From the human T2T-CHM13v2.0 reference genome, Homo sapiens: 64,000 nucleotides of DNA. This document shows positions 47,081 to 63,142 of this stretch, piece after piece. A program made the translations under genes and the position numbers. How positions within the stretch are numbered: position 1 is the stretch's first letter; each line of letters begins with the position of its first letter. The notes under the pieces are model-generated. The model saw only the letters and a program-made list of their open reading frames with translations, did no database searches and had not been told where the DNA came from. Where the stretch lies: assembly GCF_009914755.1 (NCBI RefSeq), contig NC_060935.1. The stretch is one strand, 5' to 3'.

Positions 47081-49316
47081 GCTTATAATATTCACTTATG
47101 CTTTTATTTTAGTATGCATATTATAAAGAAGCAGTGTATGTGGTGCAAAAAGAACTAGATCAGGAACATCTAGGAGCTACTTCTGGCTCTGGCAGTAATG
47201 AACCTGTTTGGGCCTTCGTTTCCTCAAATGAAATAGTTAAATTGGATTATCTCTAATTTAATTTCAAGTTCTTGAATTAAAAAAAAAATGAAAGAAGGAA
47301 GGGAGGACAGGAGGAAGAAAAGGGGGAGGTTAGGAGACAGAGAGGGAAGTAGAGAAATGGTGCTTCTCCTGTTAGACTAATGAGTCACAAAACATTTCCT
47401 AAGGAAGCATATTTGTCATTTAATGACTTCAATGCATGACTTGAGACAGTGTGGACGTCGCTGCTGCTATTCAACTAAAGACAAATTTTAGTAAATTGAA
47501 AGAGATTTGGAGAGAGAATGAACTATTCTGTGCTCAGGCAGATGCAAGGAAGAGAATGCGGATGAGCCACTGAAAATCGCCAGTTCCCAAGGTCATTCTG
47601 CAAGTTGGTCCTTCTATGTTCAGTTAGCATTTTTGTACCTTTTATTTGGTCTGTGGTAATAATGACATTTCTCCCTTAGTTTGCTAAAGCCTGAGCATTC
47701 ATTCAATAGCTCCTCATCTTTGTAATTCAAAAGGTGAAGAGGCAAATTAGTCAATTAAAATGCACAGTATCTGTGGTGTGTACCTCAGTGTCTTAGAATT
47801 GCTATCTGCTGCTCCATGGAATAACACAGAGAGAATCTTTTCTGAAATGCAGACAATGAGGATCTTACCTTATAGCAACAACCTACAGTAATGAATTATG
47901 TTGCCATTAGTTGATACTAGTAAAACCTTTTCTAATACAAAAAAAAATCTATTTTAAAAGATAGCACAGGTCATAGCTGCCCACCAAATTTCCACAAGCC
48001 CTAGGTACTGCTTTCCCCTAAGTATAAATATTAACCAAACTTTCTTTAGAATACTATCTATGCATTTCAACAAATAATACCAAGTTTCCCCCAAATTAAT
48101 TAATTAATAAGTCAGTTAATTAAAAATAAAGTGCTACTGGACTCACTCCTTTAGGAAGCTAAAATATCTGGTGGTTCTCAAAGAGAGGTAATCATCTATG
48201 TTTATTATAAAGATAGTTGGTTTTCTACAAAAATGTACAATTTATTTTTAAAACACTGTCCAAAGTATATTATGTGTTAAACACTACACAGGGAAATAAA
48301 AGAGACATAAAGATATTTATCAGCCTGCTGTCACAATCTCAATCTTATTTTCTACCATTCTGAAAACACCACAGTGTCTAGGAGATAGACATACGTATCA
48401 GACACCAATACAAACTATGAGCAATAGAGACTCTCCAGTTAGGAAGAGAAAACAGAGCACACGCTAGAACAGAATTATTTTCTAGTTGAGACTAGTTGAA
48501 AAGCCATCTTAAGTTTTCAGTCTGTAGAGAATCCTCTAGAATTAAAATTTACTTAGACTGGCTAAGTTTTAGTACATCCTCATCCAAGATCCAAAATATC
48601 TAATCAGCATCTTATAACATATTTAATATAAGATGAAATAAATTAAATCCAAGTTCAACGACACAGCATGAATGCTAAGGACCATTATAGCACTTTAAGA
48701 ACAAAATTCAAGCTTAATAGACTCCTCTGAATAAGTTAAAAATTTCAAAATAAAACAGGCCAAATGAATTTTTGGTGCAGATCACTGAATCGTTGATTTT
48801 ATATCAAAGACTAGAATATCAATATTTAGGACACAAAAGAAAAAAGAGGAATGGAACAGAATTAAGAGGTTTTTAGTGGCCATGGCATGGTAGCTCAGTG
48901 CTAGTAAGCACATGATTATTTATAAACTAATCTGCATATGGAATGACATTTGTTCCAAATTTATTATTGAATTTATATGAGAATTGCCTCTCCCACCTTA
49001 AATACACACCCCAACCCCCAAAAAACCCTCTGGTCTGGTGACAGATATGCAGAACAAACTAAAAGTAAATTCTGAAAGCTCTATTCCTAAAGTGAGTTAG
49101 TAGTATGTAGTCTTCGGTTTCATAATGTTCAAGATAAAATACTGAATAAAACTACATAAACCCAGGTTAGGGAACATAATCTAAAATTTGGTAGCTATAA
49201 AGCTATGCCGGTACCTAGAAAAGGCAAGATTGAGTAGGTGAAATGATAAGTAGTCATAACATTGAATGATAATTTACAATTAAGGAAAAGTGTGTCTCAC
49301 ATATTCAACCTAATAA

Positions 49317-51310
<1,994 letters not shown>

Positions 51311-52349
51311 ACTACACCATAGCAGGTGCAACTTAGTTTCAGCAAACATTTACATTCACATAATTTAACACTGTTAAATTGAATTTGATTAGTTTTGTGG
51401 GAGTTCTTTGGTATTTAGTTTATAAATATATTTTATTTTATAGTTGTATGTGAATTATATGTACAAGAATTCCAAATTCCTGTTAGGTTTGAACATAACC
51501 AATTAACATTAATATAAAAATAATTTAAGTAAATACAGGGGATCAACAAGAAGTTATTTTGTATGTTTTTGTTGTTGTTGTTACTTGTTTGTTTCCCTTC
51601 CTTTGAAAGAGCTTGCTACACATCTAAAGTTTGTAGGGGTGGGAATTATTATAATGGCTGCGTATGACCTTCAGAAAGAAATCCAAGATCTCTCAATAAA
51701 CAGCTCTGGATAACTTTTCCAGCCTTCTCTCTTCCCTGCCACTGACTGTACTGCAAACAAATCTACTTACCTAGATTTCCAGAAAGCTTCTTCTTCTCTC
51801 CCATCTCCATGCTATGCAAGGTTCTTTCATTCTTTTGTTTTAATTAATTGATGTATGTGGTTTCGCCTAAAGCCATACATCATATTGCACTCAACCTTAA
51901 ATTCAGTGCTATGGAAAACTTCCCAGGTTTCTTCCCCCTATTCTTGCTTTCTCCTAGGACTACAGGTATCCTATTTCATTACACTTGTTGCTCTAAATTA
52001 CAGTGATATTTTCATTGGCTTATTATGATAAGCTTCTCAAGTCCAAGGACCATGTCCATATTTCCAGTGTCTAGCTTAGTTCCAAGTGCATAATTAGCAA
52101 CTAATAACAATTTTAAATGAGTACACAGTGGAGTAAGTGAGCATCTGACTACCTGGAATTTGTATAAACTTAGAGGAACATTAAAATATCCTAATAATGT
52201 GATGATTAATCAACCTTCAGTAATCTTCAGAGAAACACAGAAAACCAAATTACTGCCAGAAGAATTAAGATGAGTATATTTTGATCTAATTTCAAAAAAG
52301 GGGTAAAAATGAAATGTCGACATTAGCGTTATGTCAAGGTTTTTAATTT

Positions 52350-52740
52350 TCTACAAACTGGCAGTCTTAAAATAACAAACATTTATTCTCTCACAGTTTT
52401 GGATGCTAGATGTCCAAAAATCAAGGTGTTGACAGGGTGATGCTCTTTCTAAAGGCTTTAGGAAGAATCTGTTCCATACAGCTCTCTTAACTTCCAGTAT
52501 TGTCAGCAATCCTTGCTGTCCCTATGCTTTCAGACATGTGACTCCCATCTCTGCCACCATGGTCACAAGGAATTCTCCCTGTGTATCTGTCTTTGTGTTT
52601 CTTCTCTTCTTACAAGGATACCAGTTATATTGTATTAAAATAATGACCTCACCTTAAGGTCATTTGATTATAACTGCCAAAAGCTTATTTCCAAATAAAG
52701 TCACATTCACATGGAAAATGAAATGGACATATTTCTGGGA
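52350..52740 (-). mobile_element. MaLR LTR (MLT1B/C-like)
   Basis: atttattctctcacagttttgga...caaggtgttgacaggg...ttatttccaaataaagtcacattcaca. Confidence 0.75.
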
Positions 52741-53819
52741 CTCAACAAATGTGCATTAAAAGAAAAGGTATGTCACATTAACACGATTTCTATTTGCTTT
52801 AAGGTTATTATACTATTTGATCTGGGTAATGTCAAAGATGTAATGTACTTTGATTTAGAAGATATTTAACAGACTCATTATGTATTAGGAGTATAGACAG
52901 GAAAATATTAGCTGGTTTAGGTGAATTAAACTAATTAGTCAAATCCCTGAAGTATTTTATATTGCAAATTCTGCATATTACCAGCCTTGACGTGTGTTCT
53001 ATAGTGCTCTGCTGTAGATGTTGTCATGTATCCTTTGAAATTCTACATTTTTATCAAAAGTTAGAATGAAAGTATATTTATCTAAGTTACACAGGATTAA
53101 AAAACATAAGCGGTTGATAACACAGAGAAAGAGAATGAAGATTTAAGTATCTCTACAGGCAATTATGCTAGACCAAAATTAACTATAATTAAATTGAACA
53201 AGAATAAATGTAAAACCTTGTAACATAGGAATCATCTGCACGATTACAGGATTGGGCAGAATCAACACAGGAGTGAGTCTTGGAAAACTAATCTATGGGT
53301 TTTAAAGTCAATATATACAAATATAATGTAGCTGACAATTATAGCAATAAAAATACTAATATTATCATAAGTGACACTCATATTCCTACTTGCAGAATCC
53401 AGAGAAAGGTCACAACATTGCTACATACCAGTCAAGTTGCTTATTATTAGACTATCTACATTCTGAGGCTGGAATGTTCTATGAAGAGCATGATAAATAG
53501 TTTGAATGACTGGAACTTTAATTCTGAAGACTAGAAGATAAGGAACAGACACTTTTAAATATCTGAGGGATAGTCATATAAAAGAGATTTATACTAATTT
53601 TAATTTAAGGAGTTGAGAATAGGACCAGTGAATACAAATCAGAAAAAGATCTCAGCAAAATATATAGGCAAAAAGCCGGCAATTAGCAGTACTCAAAAGT
53701 GTAATTGCTGCTTTGTGAACTCTGGATATAAGCATGCTGTCTGGATGACCAATTTAAGTCCCAATTCTTCAGAATGGTGCATGTGCACACACACACATAC
53801 CAACACAAAAGCTGTTCTT

Positions 53820-54845
53820 TTTTTTCTTTTTTAAAATTTTACTTTAAATTCAGCTACACATGTGCAGAACGTGCAGATTTGTTACATAGGTATACATGTG
53901 CCATGGTGGCTTGCTGCACCCATTGACCCGTCCTCTGAAGTTCCCTCCCCTCGCCTCCCACCCCCGAAGAGGCCCTGGTGTGTTTTGTTCCCCTCCCTGT
54001 GTCAATGTGGTCTCACAGTTCAACTCCCACTTATGTTTGAGAAATGCAGTGTTTGGTTTTCTGATCCTGTGTTAGTTTGCTGAGAATGATAGCTTGCAGC
54101 TTCATCCATGTCCCTGCAAAGGACATGATCTCATTCCTTTTTATGGCTGCATAGTATTCCGTGGTATATATGTACCACATTTTCTTTATCCGGTCTATCA
54201 TTGATGGGCATTTGGGATGGTTCCATGATTTTGCTATTATAAATAGTGCTGCAATAAACATACATGTGCATGTGTCTTTATAGTAGAATGATTTATATTC
54301 CTTTGGGTATATACCCAGTAGTGGGATTGCTGGGTCAAATGGTACTTCTGGTTCTAGATCCTTGAGGAATCACCATACTGTCTTCCACAATGAATGAACC
54401 AATTTACATTCTCAATGACAGTGTAAAAGCATTCCTATTTCTCCACAGCCTCACCAGCATCAAATGTTTCTTCAGTTTTTAACAATCACCATTTTGACTG
54501 GTATGAGATGGTATCTCAGTGTGGTTTTGATTTGCATTTCTCGGACGATCAGTGATGTTGAACTTTTTTCATATGTTTCTTGGCCACGTACATGTCTTTT
54601 TTTGAGAAGTGTATGTTCATATCCTTTGCCCACTTTTTCATGGGGTTGTCCATTTTTTTCTTGTAAATTTGTTTAATTCCTTGTAAATTCTGGATATTAG
54701 ACCTTTGTCAGATGGGTAGATTGCAAAAATTTTCTCCCATTCCGTAGGTTGCCCGTTCACTCTGATGATAGTTTCTTTTGTTGTGCAGAAGCTCTTTAGT
54801 TTAATTAGATCCCATTTGTCAATTTTGGCTTTTGTTGCAATTGCT
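53820..54845 (-). mobile_element. L1PA8-like 5'-truncated element (about 1 kb)
   Basis: TSD acaaaagctgttctt (53805-53819) / acaaaagcttttctt (54846-54860); ORF2 C-terminal peptides on minus strand. Confidence 0.93.
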
Positions 54846-56409
54846 ACAAAAGCTTTTCTTAATACGTTCTTCACCAATAGACTAGTTTCATCTCATGTCA
54901 ATCTGTTAATAATTATCCAAATTGTCTATGAACTCTCCATGTCTCCATGTTTTTGCATATTGTCTCCTCTGCCTAGCGTGCTCTTTGTTTTCTAAGCTTC
55001 ATGTTCAAAGACTAATTCAAATGTTAGAGCTTTCTGGAACCTCTGATATATAAATCAATGTTATCCTTTATTATAGAATATTTTAGTAGCCTGTTCACTC
55101 CATTCTTCTATCTCATTACATTGAGAGTTTCAGCAGGAGGGTATTTTGATCTTATTTATCTTTGATGTCTAGCACAATGTCTTCTAATTAATATGTAATC
55201 AAAAAATATTTGCTGAATACATATTATATAGTGCACTCTCCCACACAGCTGGATGTTATGTTAGATAACCTTACTTAAGGGCTCTTTAAAATCCAATAGG
55301 CTGTGGCCTTTGTAGAATAGGATCGAATACAGAAACCGAGTAGTCCAGGAATTGATTAATAAAGAAATAGCACATATAAGTATTGAGGAACAAAATCAGC
55401 AATCATACAGTAGTCTGATAATAATTAAAAGGTGATCTAATTATTTATCCAAGAAGAAAATTTTTGAATCTTCCCTCCTTCTGCCTATCTTATGTCACAG
55501 TCTCAAAGCAGAGTTGTTCTGAATTGCAGACACTGCATAGTGACTGCTCTGTTCATTTGTTGTTTCCAAGTAATTTTAGTATGCCATTGTTATTTTCCAA
55601 ATATTTCTATAGTGCCACTTATACGTAGAATTTAGACAACTTTCTTTTCCAAAGAAGAATGCCGACCTTATTATTGGCATAAAAATCTCAGCAAACCAGA
55701 AAAAAGAAATGGGCACAACTTCTGCAAGAGTTAGCAACAGAACTACTCTCTCTGCCTCTTAGGTTATATGGGGTGATAAGAAAGGAGAGCCACTAAAAGA
55801 AAAAAAAACTGGAAAAAAATATTGTAATATTTAATCTTTTAAAAAAAAACTTGGTTAAAGTTTCTCCCTAAGCAGAAATTATGGATGAGAATCAAGACTG
55901 ATTCCTATCATTTACTGGATATCTCACATTCAATAAAATCTTTAAAGATTCTTTTAGCAAAACTATCTCTTACTCCTTATAAATACCCCAGGAATCCCCC
56001 AACATTTATTGCTAGTGAAATAAAGAAATAATCCATTATAGTAATAGATAAATTGAAGACAGTCTTGTGTTCATTCCTCTAATTCCATAAATAGGAAAAA
56101 TATGAAAAGATTTATCAACCAGGTTTTTGTCCCCATTATGGCAATTAAATATTTTTCCTTTAGAATCCCTGTATTAATGCTACTATAACAGTATCATATT
56201 TGAAGAGAGTTGTATGACTCAGCAAATTACCAGGAGGTAGCAAGGAAATCTAGCTCACTCCTTCTGCCAAGATACAAAGTCAGGCAGCTGAAGGGGAAAA
56301 CTCAACACCATGACAAACATGCCACAGAGGGACCTTGAAGAGACTTTGGAGCCCAAGTAAGAGTTCTGGTTGTATGTGTACTGTGCAAGAGTGGAGTCTT
56401 GACAGAAAC

Positions 56410-56770
56410 TGATAGATGAACAACTAAAATCAGCTTAAATAATGAAGAAAATATACTGGCTTATAAACCAAAAGAAACAGAAATATTTGAGTTTAAATCA
56501 TGGTTGGATCCAGGGCTCAAATCATCTCACCAACACTGAGACTCTTTTTTATGGGCTTTGCTTTCCTCTGCACTGACTTCATTGTTAAGAAAACTCTCTC
56601 TAATGGTGACTCTCAGCAGTCCCAAACTTAAGATTTACCAGCTTATCCACCTCAGTAGAGAGTGGGTGTCTCATCTCCCAAGACCTAGCAAAAGTTCCAG
56701 CCACAGGTTACAGGCCAACTATAGAATTCATTACTCTGATACTAAATGACCATCAATTAGAGTTGGAGAA
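56410..56770 (-). mobile_element. Old MaLR LTR remnant (MLT1K/L-like)
   Basis: actggcttataa...catggttggatccagggctcaaat. Confidence 0.4.
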
Positions 56771-57860
56771 GGGCAAAATTCATGTATTGCAATAGGGAAA
56801 GGATGGAGAAGGTGCCTATCACCAGCAGAAAAATAGTATATTTTATATCTTTTTTTATATCTATGCTTTTTTTATCTATTATGCATGCAGTCCTTTCCAT
56901 TCTGGTGCCAGAGGAAATGTGGCACTTTACTCTGACGTTAAATATAATGAGGACACCATGGTCTTTGGACCATCAAAAACCACATTGCAGTTGATATTCC
57001 ATTACAAGTAAAAAGGTGAATCCTTTTTATTCAACTAAGTGTTGACCCTTTCCAGGTGAAAGCAATAAAAGCTCCAGTTAAGATGTACTTAAAGTAAATA
57101 TTCAGTCTGATGTCAGTATCTTCCCCCTTGGAAGAATTCACTAATATCACAAATTTAATAATTAAAGAAGAAAATGTATAACAATATCTAAAAAAAGTAA
57201 TTTACCATTCCTAACATAAAGTTACTTTCACAAGAACACATAAGATTTCTCTGAATGAGAAAAAGAAGAATCCCTTCAGAATAGCCATTAGCAAATAGGT
57301 GTTAAGACAGAGGGAAAGACAATGAGGAAGCAAAGAAAAACCACTGACTGACAAGGTATGAATTGACAACCATCACTATGGTCCAAAAACAGATACAATA
57401 TAAAATAAGTGAATTGTAAAAAAATTAATAATTGCTACTTAATTCAAAAATATAATTTTTGAGTCAAACAATTTATAGAAATGCATTGTATCCAACATAC
57501 GTAAATAACTATGCAAGGTACCACATCTGACTGTACATTTACGATTCTCCCTGCCATCAAACTTTCTCTCCACCAGGCTCTCCTACAAATCATACATGAC
57601 CAACCTCCTATAAATACCATTTTCATAACAGTAGCCACTTCTTTAAAAACTTGGAATGTTCGCTAGTATTAACTGCATTAAATCTAAATCTCCTGTCCTG
57701 AGTTTTAAAGGGCTTTGTAACTTATACCAGCCTGCTTAGCAATCCTGTTTGCCACACTTCTTAATACATACTTTACATTTCATTTTGATCTTTTTATTAT
57801 TCGGCTATACACTCCATGCTTATTTCAACTTCCGTAACTTTGCTGATGCTGGTTTTCCAC

Positions 57861-60015
57861 TGTGGTAGAAAGAATAATGGTCCCCAAAAGATATCCCAGT
57901 CTTTAATTCCCAGAATCTGTGAATCTGTTATCTGACATGACAAAAGAGACTTTGCAGATGTAATTAAGTCAAAGATCTTGAGATGGAGCAATTATTCTAC
58001 ATTATTCTGCTGGGCCCAGTAAAAATCACAGGGTCCTTATAAGAACGAAGCAAAGGTTATAGTGATGCACTTTGAAGATGCAGTAAAGGGCCGTAAGCAA
58101 AGGACACAAGCAGCCTTTAGAAGTTGAAAAAGGGTTCCTGATTTGGCTTTCAGCTTGACTACTGTTGTACAGAAATGCTAGTGATTTTTGAATGTTGATT
58201 TTGTATCCTGAGACTTTGTGAACCTGCTTATCATCATAAGGAGCTTTGGGGCTGCGACTACAGGGTTTTCTAGGTATAGGATCAAGTCATCTGCAAACAG
58301 GGATAGTTTCACTTCCCCTCTTCCTATTTGGATGCCCTTTATTTCTCTCTCTTGCCTGATTTCTCTGGCCAGGACTAAGCAAAAATACCAAGGCAGCAGG
58401 CATAATGCTACCTGACTTCAAACTATACTATAGGGCTACAGTAACCAAAACAGCATGGTGCTGGTACAAAAACAGACACGTAGACCAACGGAACAAAATA
58501 GAGAGCCCAGAAATAAGGCCATACACCTATGACTATCTGACCTTCAACCAAGGTGACAAAGACAAGTAGTTCAACAGCTGGTACTGGGATAACTGGCTAC
58601 CCATACACAGAAGACTGAAACTGGACCCTTCCTTACACCACATACAAAAATTAACTCAAGATAGATTAAAGGCTTAAATGTAAAACCCAAAACCATAAAA
58701 ACCCTGGAAGATAATTGAGGTAATACCATTCTGGACACAGGAATGGACAAAGGTTTCATGTTGAAGATGTCAAAAGCAATTTCAACAAAAGCAAAAATTG
58801 ACAAATGGGATATAATTACACTGAAGAGCTTCTTCACATCAAAAGAAACTATCAACAGAGTAAACAGACAAACTACAGAATGAGAGAAAATTTTTGCAAA
58901 GTACGAATCTGACAAAGGTCTAACATGCAGCATCTATAACAAACTTAAACAAACTTACAAGAAAGAAAAACCCAAACAAACCCATTAAAAAGTGGACAAA
59001 GGACATAAACAGACACTTTTCAAAAAAGGTATACAAGCAGCTAACAATATATGAAAAAAAACTCAAAATTACTGATCATTAAAGAAATGCAAATCAAAAC
59101 CACAATGAAATATCATCTCACACAAATAAGAATGGCTATTATTAAAAAGTCAAAAAATAACAGGTGCTGGCACGGTTATGAAGAATAAAAGCACTTATAC
59201 ACTGTGAGTGGGAGTGTAAATCAGTTCAACCATTGTGGAAAACAATGTGGCGATTCCTCAAAGACCTAAAAACATAAATAACCATTCGACCTAGCCATCT
59301 CATCATTGTATGTATACCCAAAGGAATACAAATTGTTCTGTCATAAGGACACAAGGAACATCTATGTTCATTTCCTCACTATTCATAGTAGCAAATAGAA
59401 CCAACCTAAATGCCCATCAATGGTAGACTGGATAAAGAAAATATGGTACATATATACCATAGAATACCATATAACCATAAAAAAGAATGAGATCTTGTCC
59501 TTTGCAGGAACACAGATGGACCTGGAGGTCATTATACTTAACAAACTAATGCAGGAACAGAAAATCAAATACTGCATGTTCTCACTTTTAAGTGGGAGCC
59601 AAAAGATCAAAACACATGGAAACATAGATGGGAACACCAAACACTGGGGCCTACTGGAGGGTAGAAGGTGGGAAGAGGGAGAGGATCTGGAAAAATAACT
59701 AATGGGTACTAGGCCTAATACATGGTCAAGAAAATAATCTGTACAACAAATCCCCCATGATATGAGTTTACCTATATAGCAAACCTGCACGTGTACCTTT
59801 CAACTTAAAAGTTAAAAAAAAAAAAAAAAAAAGAAGAAGTTGGAAAGGGGAAGCAAATGGATTTTTCCCTGGAGCTTCCAGAAGTAATGCAGCTCTGCCA
59901 ATTCCTTAATTCTGGCTTTGTAAAACTCATTTCAGACTTCTGACCTACAGAACAATAAGATAATTTGTGATGTTTTAAGACATTAAGTTTGTGATAATTT
60001 CGTTACAACAGGACT
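57861..60015 (+). mobile_element. MLT1D LTR split by an L1 (57861-58134 and 59835-60015)
   Basis: tgtggtagaaagaataatggtcccc...gactttgcagatgtaattaag... resumes aagcaaatggatttttccctggagcttccagaag...gacttctgacctacagaac. Confidence 0.87.
58135..59834 (+). mobile_element. L1PA13-like element with 5' inversion (58135-58376 antisense)
   Basis: TSD agaagttgaaaaaggg (58119-58134) / agaagttggaaagggg (59835-59850); junction ggact|aagcaaaaa; A-tail 59814-59832. Confidence 0.9.
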
Positions 60016-60976
60016 AATATAACTACCAACATTGCTTTCAATAAATACTGTTAATGTTCAACACTATTTTCTCTACAAAGGCTTCTATGACCTATTCCTT
60101 GTAATGGATATGTCCTATATCAAGGGTTTCACACCAGAACAGTCTTTTTAGTGCGTTAATTGTCTGAAGTACACTCTAAACCTTTTGAGAGAAGGGATCA
60201 TCAGAGCTAATGCTTCACATACTCTACTGTAGTTACACACTTATGCATGCTTTTGTCCTATGTGTGTTTATTCAGCAAACATTCATCGATGGCGTGATTC
60301 ATACAAAGTAATTGCCCAGTACCTGTGGAACTTAGTAAAACAAGCTACTGTCCTTGTCCTCTAGAATAATATCTTGGGAGTGATAAAACATGTACTCAAG
60401 AAACTAAAGGAAAATCCAGAACAGGGTAAGTAAAATTAGAGTCAAGAAAGAAAAGCTTTAGGAGTTTAGATATGGAAGAGTTAAGTTTGTTGGGTGATTC
60501 AAAAATAACCTCCAGGACATGGCATATTGCCCCATTTATCTTTAATATGTCCATGTTTGATGTTTTTCCTTCCTTTGTACTTACCTCACACTAATCGTCT
60601 TTCTTGTATCACTTTCTGGTATTTTTACTTGGTTTGAGGTTTGTTCCAGTGAGAAAGAGATGGGCCTAAAACAACCCATCCCTCTGAAATGGCTCTGACT
60701 CTCTTCTCTCTTTCCTCTGTTTCCATTGCCATTGCCTAATACCTGTATTTCCATTATTAATTACTAAGTACCATTTTCATCAGTATGCCCTCCAATCAGT
60801 TTTCATTAGCTAGAACCTTGTTCTCTCTCCAGAGTCCCTTCACTGAGCCATGAAATGAAAAGATTTGAAAGCACTTATGGGATACTGACCTCTCTATTGA
60901 GCAACTGTCTACGTCCATTAAGGTAGAGCTATATGCTGTCATCAGTTAATCTAATTTTAAAAATTGATCGTTATAT

Positions 60977-61590
60977 TGTATGGCAGATGCACCTGACAGC
61001 AATGACGACTTAACCATACCCTTAGAATGACCCTGTATGGTCAATGCACCTGACAGCATTAACTTCAGCATACCCTGAGAATGCTCCTGTATGGCCAGTG
61101 CGCTTGACAGCAATAACTTAAGCATACCCTGAGAATGACCCTGTATGGCAGATGCACCTGACAACAATAACTTAAGCATGCCCTCAGAATGACACCATGG
61201 CCTAAGAAGAATGTGTGTTCAGAGTTCTGAGCTAAGAAATCCAGGAACAGCCAACTTGAAGATTCATTCCTTATCTATAAGGAACCTCTAAACCCCTGAC
61301 CCATCCTGTGGAATGCAAGCCCATACAGGGAGATTAAGGCCTTTTGTTTGGGGTTAAATGATGGTTGCCACGTGAAGGTTGCCAAGGGGAGGGTGCTAAG
61401 TGAAAACTGCATGTTTTTTTACAAACTGTAGTGGTTCTCCTGTCCAGCCCACTGCCGCTGGACCACACTGTATGTAAGTCCCCTGAATAAACCCCACGTC
61501 TCATTCACTGGATCCAAGTTTCTCCTTTATCCTCTTCTTTATCCAACACAGTGCTATCCCTATTGAAATCAACAGGGGTTTGGCATGGCA
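60977..61590 (+). mobile_element. ERVL solo LTR (LTR47-like) with 4 tandem units of about 54 bp at its 5' end
   Basis: tg...ca termini, perfect TSD tatat (60972-60976, 61591-61595), aataaa near 61486; units start 60977, 61034, 61088, 61142. Confidence 0.85.
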
Positions 61591-61659
61591 TATATAATCA
61601 AGTTGCATGCTAACAATAAACAATCTAATTTCATAGTATTATCCAAACTTTCTTTCTTA

Positions 61660-61930
61660 AAACGTACTGGTTGTTTAGCATAGAAGAGGTTCAGTTGTCA
61701 AAAAATTTGGGGAAGAGTGGATTAAATGGTTACATAGATTTCTTTACTGTAGGGTTTCTCAGAGCCTTTACCATATTAAAGTGCATTGTGAATCCACAAG
61801 GGATATACAAGATGCAATATTTCAAAAAGTTACTGTGCCACAAAATCCTGGTTTTATTATTGTTGTTTGTTGTGATTGTTTGTTTTGGTTTCACTCACAT
61901 GAACAATTTTGGAAATGACAATTTGGGAAA
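61660..61930. mobile_element. Old hAT-Charlie-class MER fragment
   Basis: tttactgtagggtttctcagagcctttaccatattaaagtgcattgtgaatc motif; exact family uncertain. Confidence 0.4.
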
Positions 61931-61939
61931 TACCAATAC

Positions 61940-62112
61940 AGTAGAAAGGAAGCAGAGAGGAAGCTCTGAAATTTGAGTTTTAGTGCTAGCTCTTCCATTA
62001 ACTAACTGCAGGACTAAAGCTTCTGTGGACTGTAATAATTTCCTATTTATAATTGAAAGGGGTAAATTAAATTATCTCTGAGGTTCCTTCCAGCTCTAGC
62101 ATCCTATGATTC
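61940..62112 (+). mobile_element. MIR/MIR3 fragment
   Basis: ctagctcttccattaactaactg...tctctgaggttccttccagctctagcatcctatgattct. Confidence 0.6.
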
Positions 62113-62505
62113 TATTTTCTCTGAATTAACCTAATTGTCCAGTGGTTTGGATTGTGTTCAGACAGTGAACAACTAATACTTTCACTTCCAATTGGCACAT
62201 CCCTTTTAAATGTTGGAAGTCCGTCCTATAATAACTTTATATAAATATGAAGCAATGTTACATATAGGGTTAATTGCATATAAACATTAGCCACACTCCA
62301 AATGTTCAAAGGATGAATGAATTACAAATAATCTAAATTGGTCATAGAACTAAAGTAGCCTCAAAAGATGGCCATAACTCAGTAAAGCTCTGACTTCATG
62401 AATTATTATATTTACTATTTTTGTTTTTTATTTTTTACCAAAAGTTCTTCAAGATCCAGAATGAGTATACAACTTGCTTGCAAATTCACAAAACTAGTCA
62501 CTATT

Positions 62506-62601
62506 AAGTCTGCCTTATGGTGTAGTATCCTCATTAAAAATTTATTACATATGAAAGTCTGCCTTATGGTGTATTCTTATTTTAAATTTATTACAAGTGA
62601 A
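62506..62601 (+). repeat. Tandem duplication, period about 49 bp
   Basis: aagtctgccttatggtgta...aaatttattaca at 62506 and 62555. Confidence 0.85.
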
Positions 62602-63081
62602 AAAGAATAAGAAAATGAATACCAATTTACCGACTGTCCACCTAAAGCAGTAAAATGTTACCAAAATGTCACCTATGCTACATTCTTCCTCTTCTCCCCA
62701 GAGGTAATCCACAGTACTTTCAACAGTAAATAAAATGAGAATGTAAAGAAAGCTCTACAGTAAATGCCAATTGCAACCAATTAGAAAGACTTGTCCAGAT
62801 TAATTTGATGTATGGATTTTACTGATTTAAATGTTCTCTGCATGAACACACACTTAGTTTTATAGGATTTCTGAAATGTTGAGTACTAATAAAGGGATAT
62901 TATTATAGAATTCATACATAAATGACTAGGCAATGATACAAATATTATCGTAATATTTTTAAAAAGTATCAATCAAAAATCCTTCAGAATATTCCCAGAC
63001 TATCAATGGGCTATCAATTACAAGGCTTCTAGCATGATGAGTAATTTTTTCTCCACTGGAAATTTTCAAAAAGCGCTCTCA

Positions 63082-63142
63082 TTCTCTTTCTTTTCTTTTC
63101 TTCTCCTTCCTTCCTTCCTTCCTTCTCTTTTCTCATTTCTTC
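63082..63142 (+). repeat. Pyrimidine tract with (CTTC)n
   Basis: ttctctttcttttcttttcttctccttccttccttccttccttctc. Confidence 0.8.

Noticed and set aside
47370-47900. Possible enhancer (AP-1 tgagtca at 47381 in non-repeat DNA)
   Set aside because: A 7-mer is expected several times by chance in 64 kb; conservation cannot be assessed
60946-61196. CRISPR-like array or repeat protein
   Set aside because: Head-to-tail units with no unique spacers, inside an LTR
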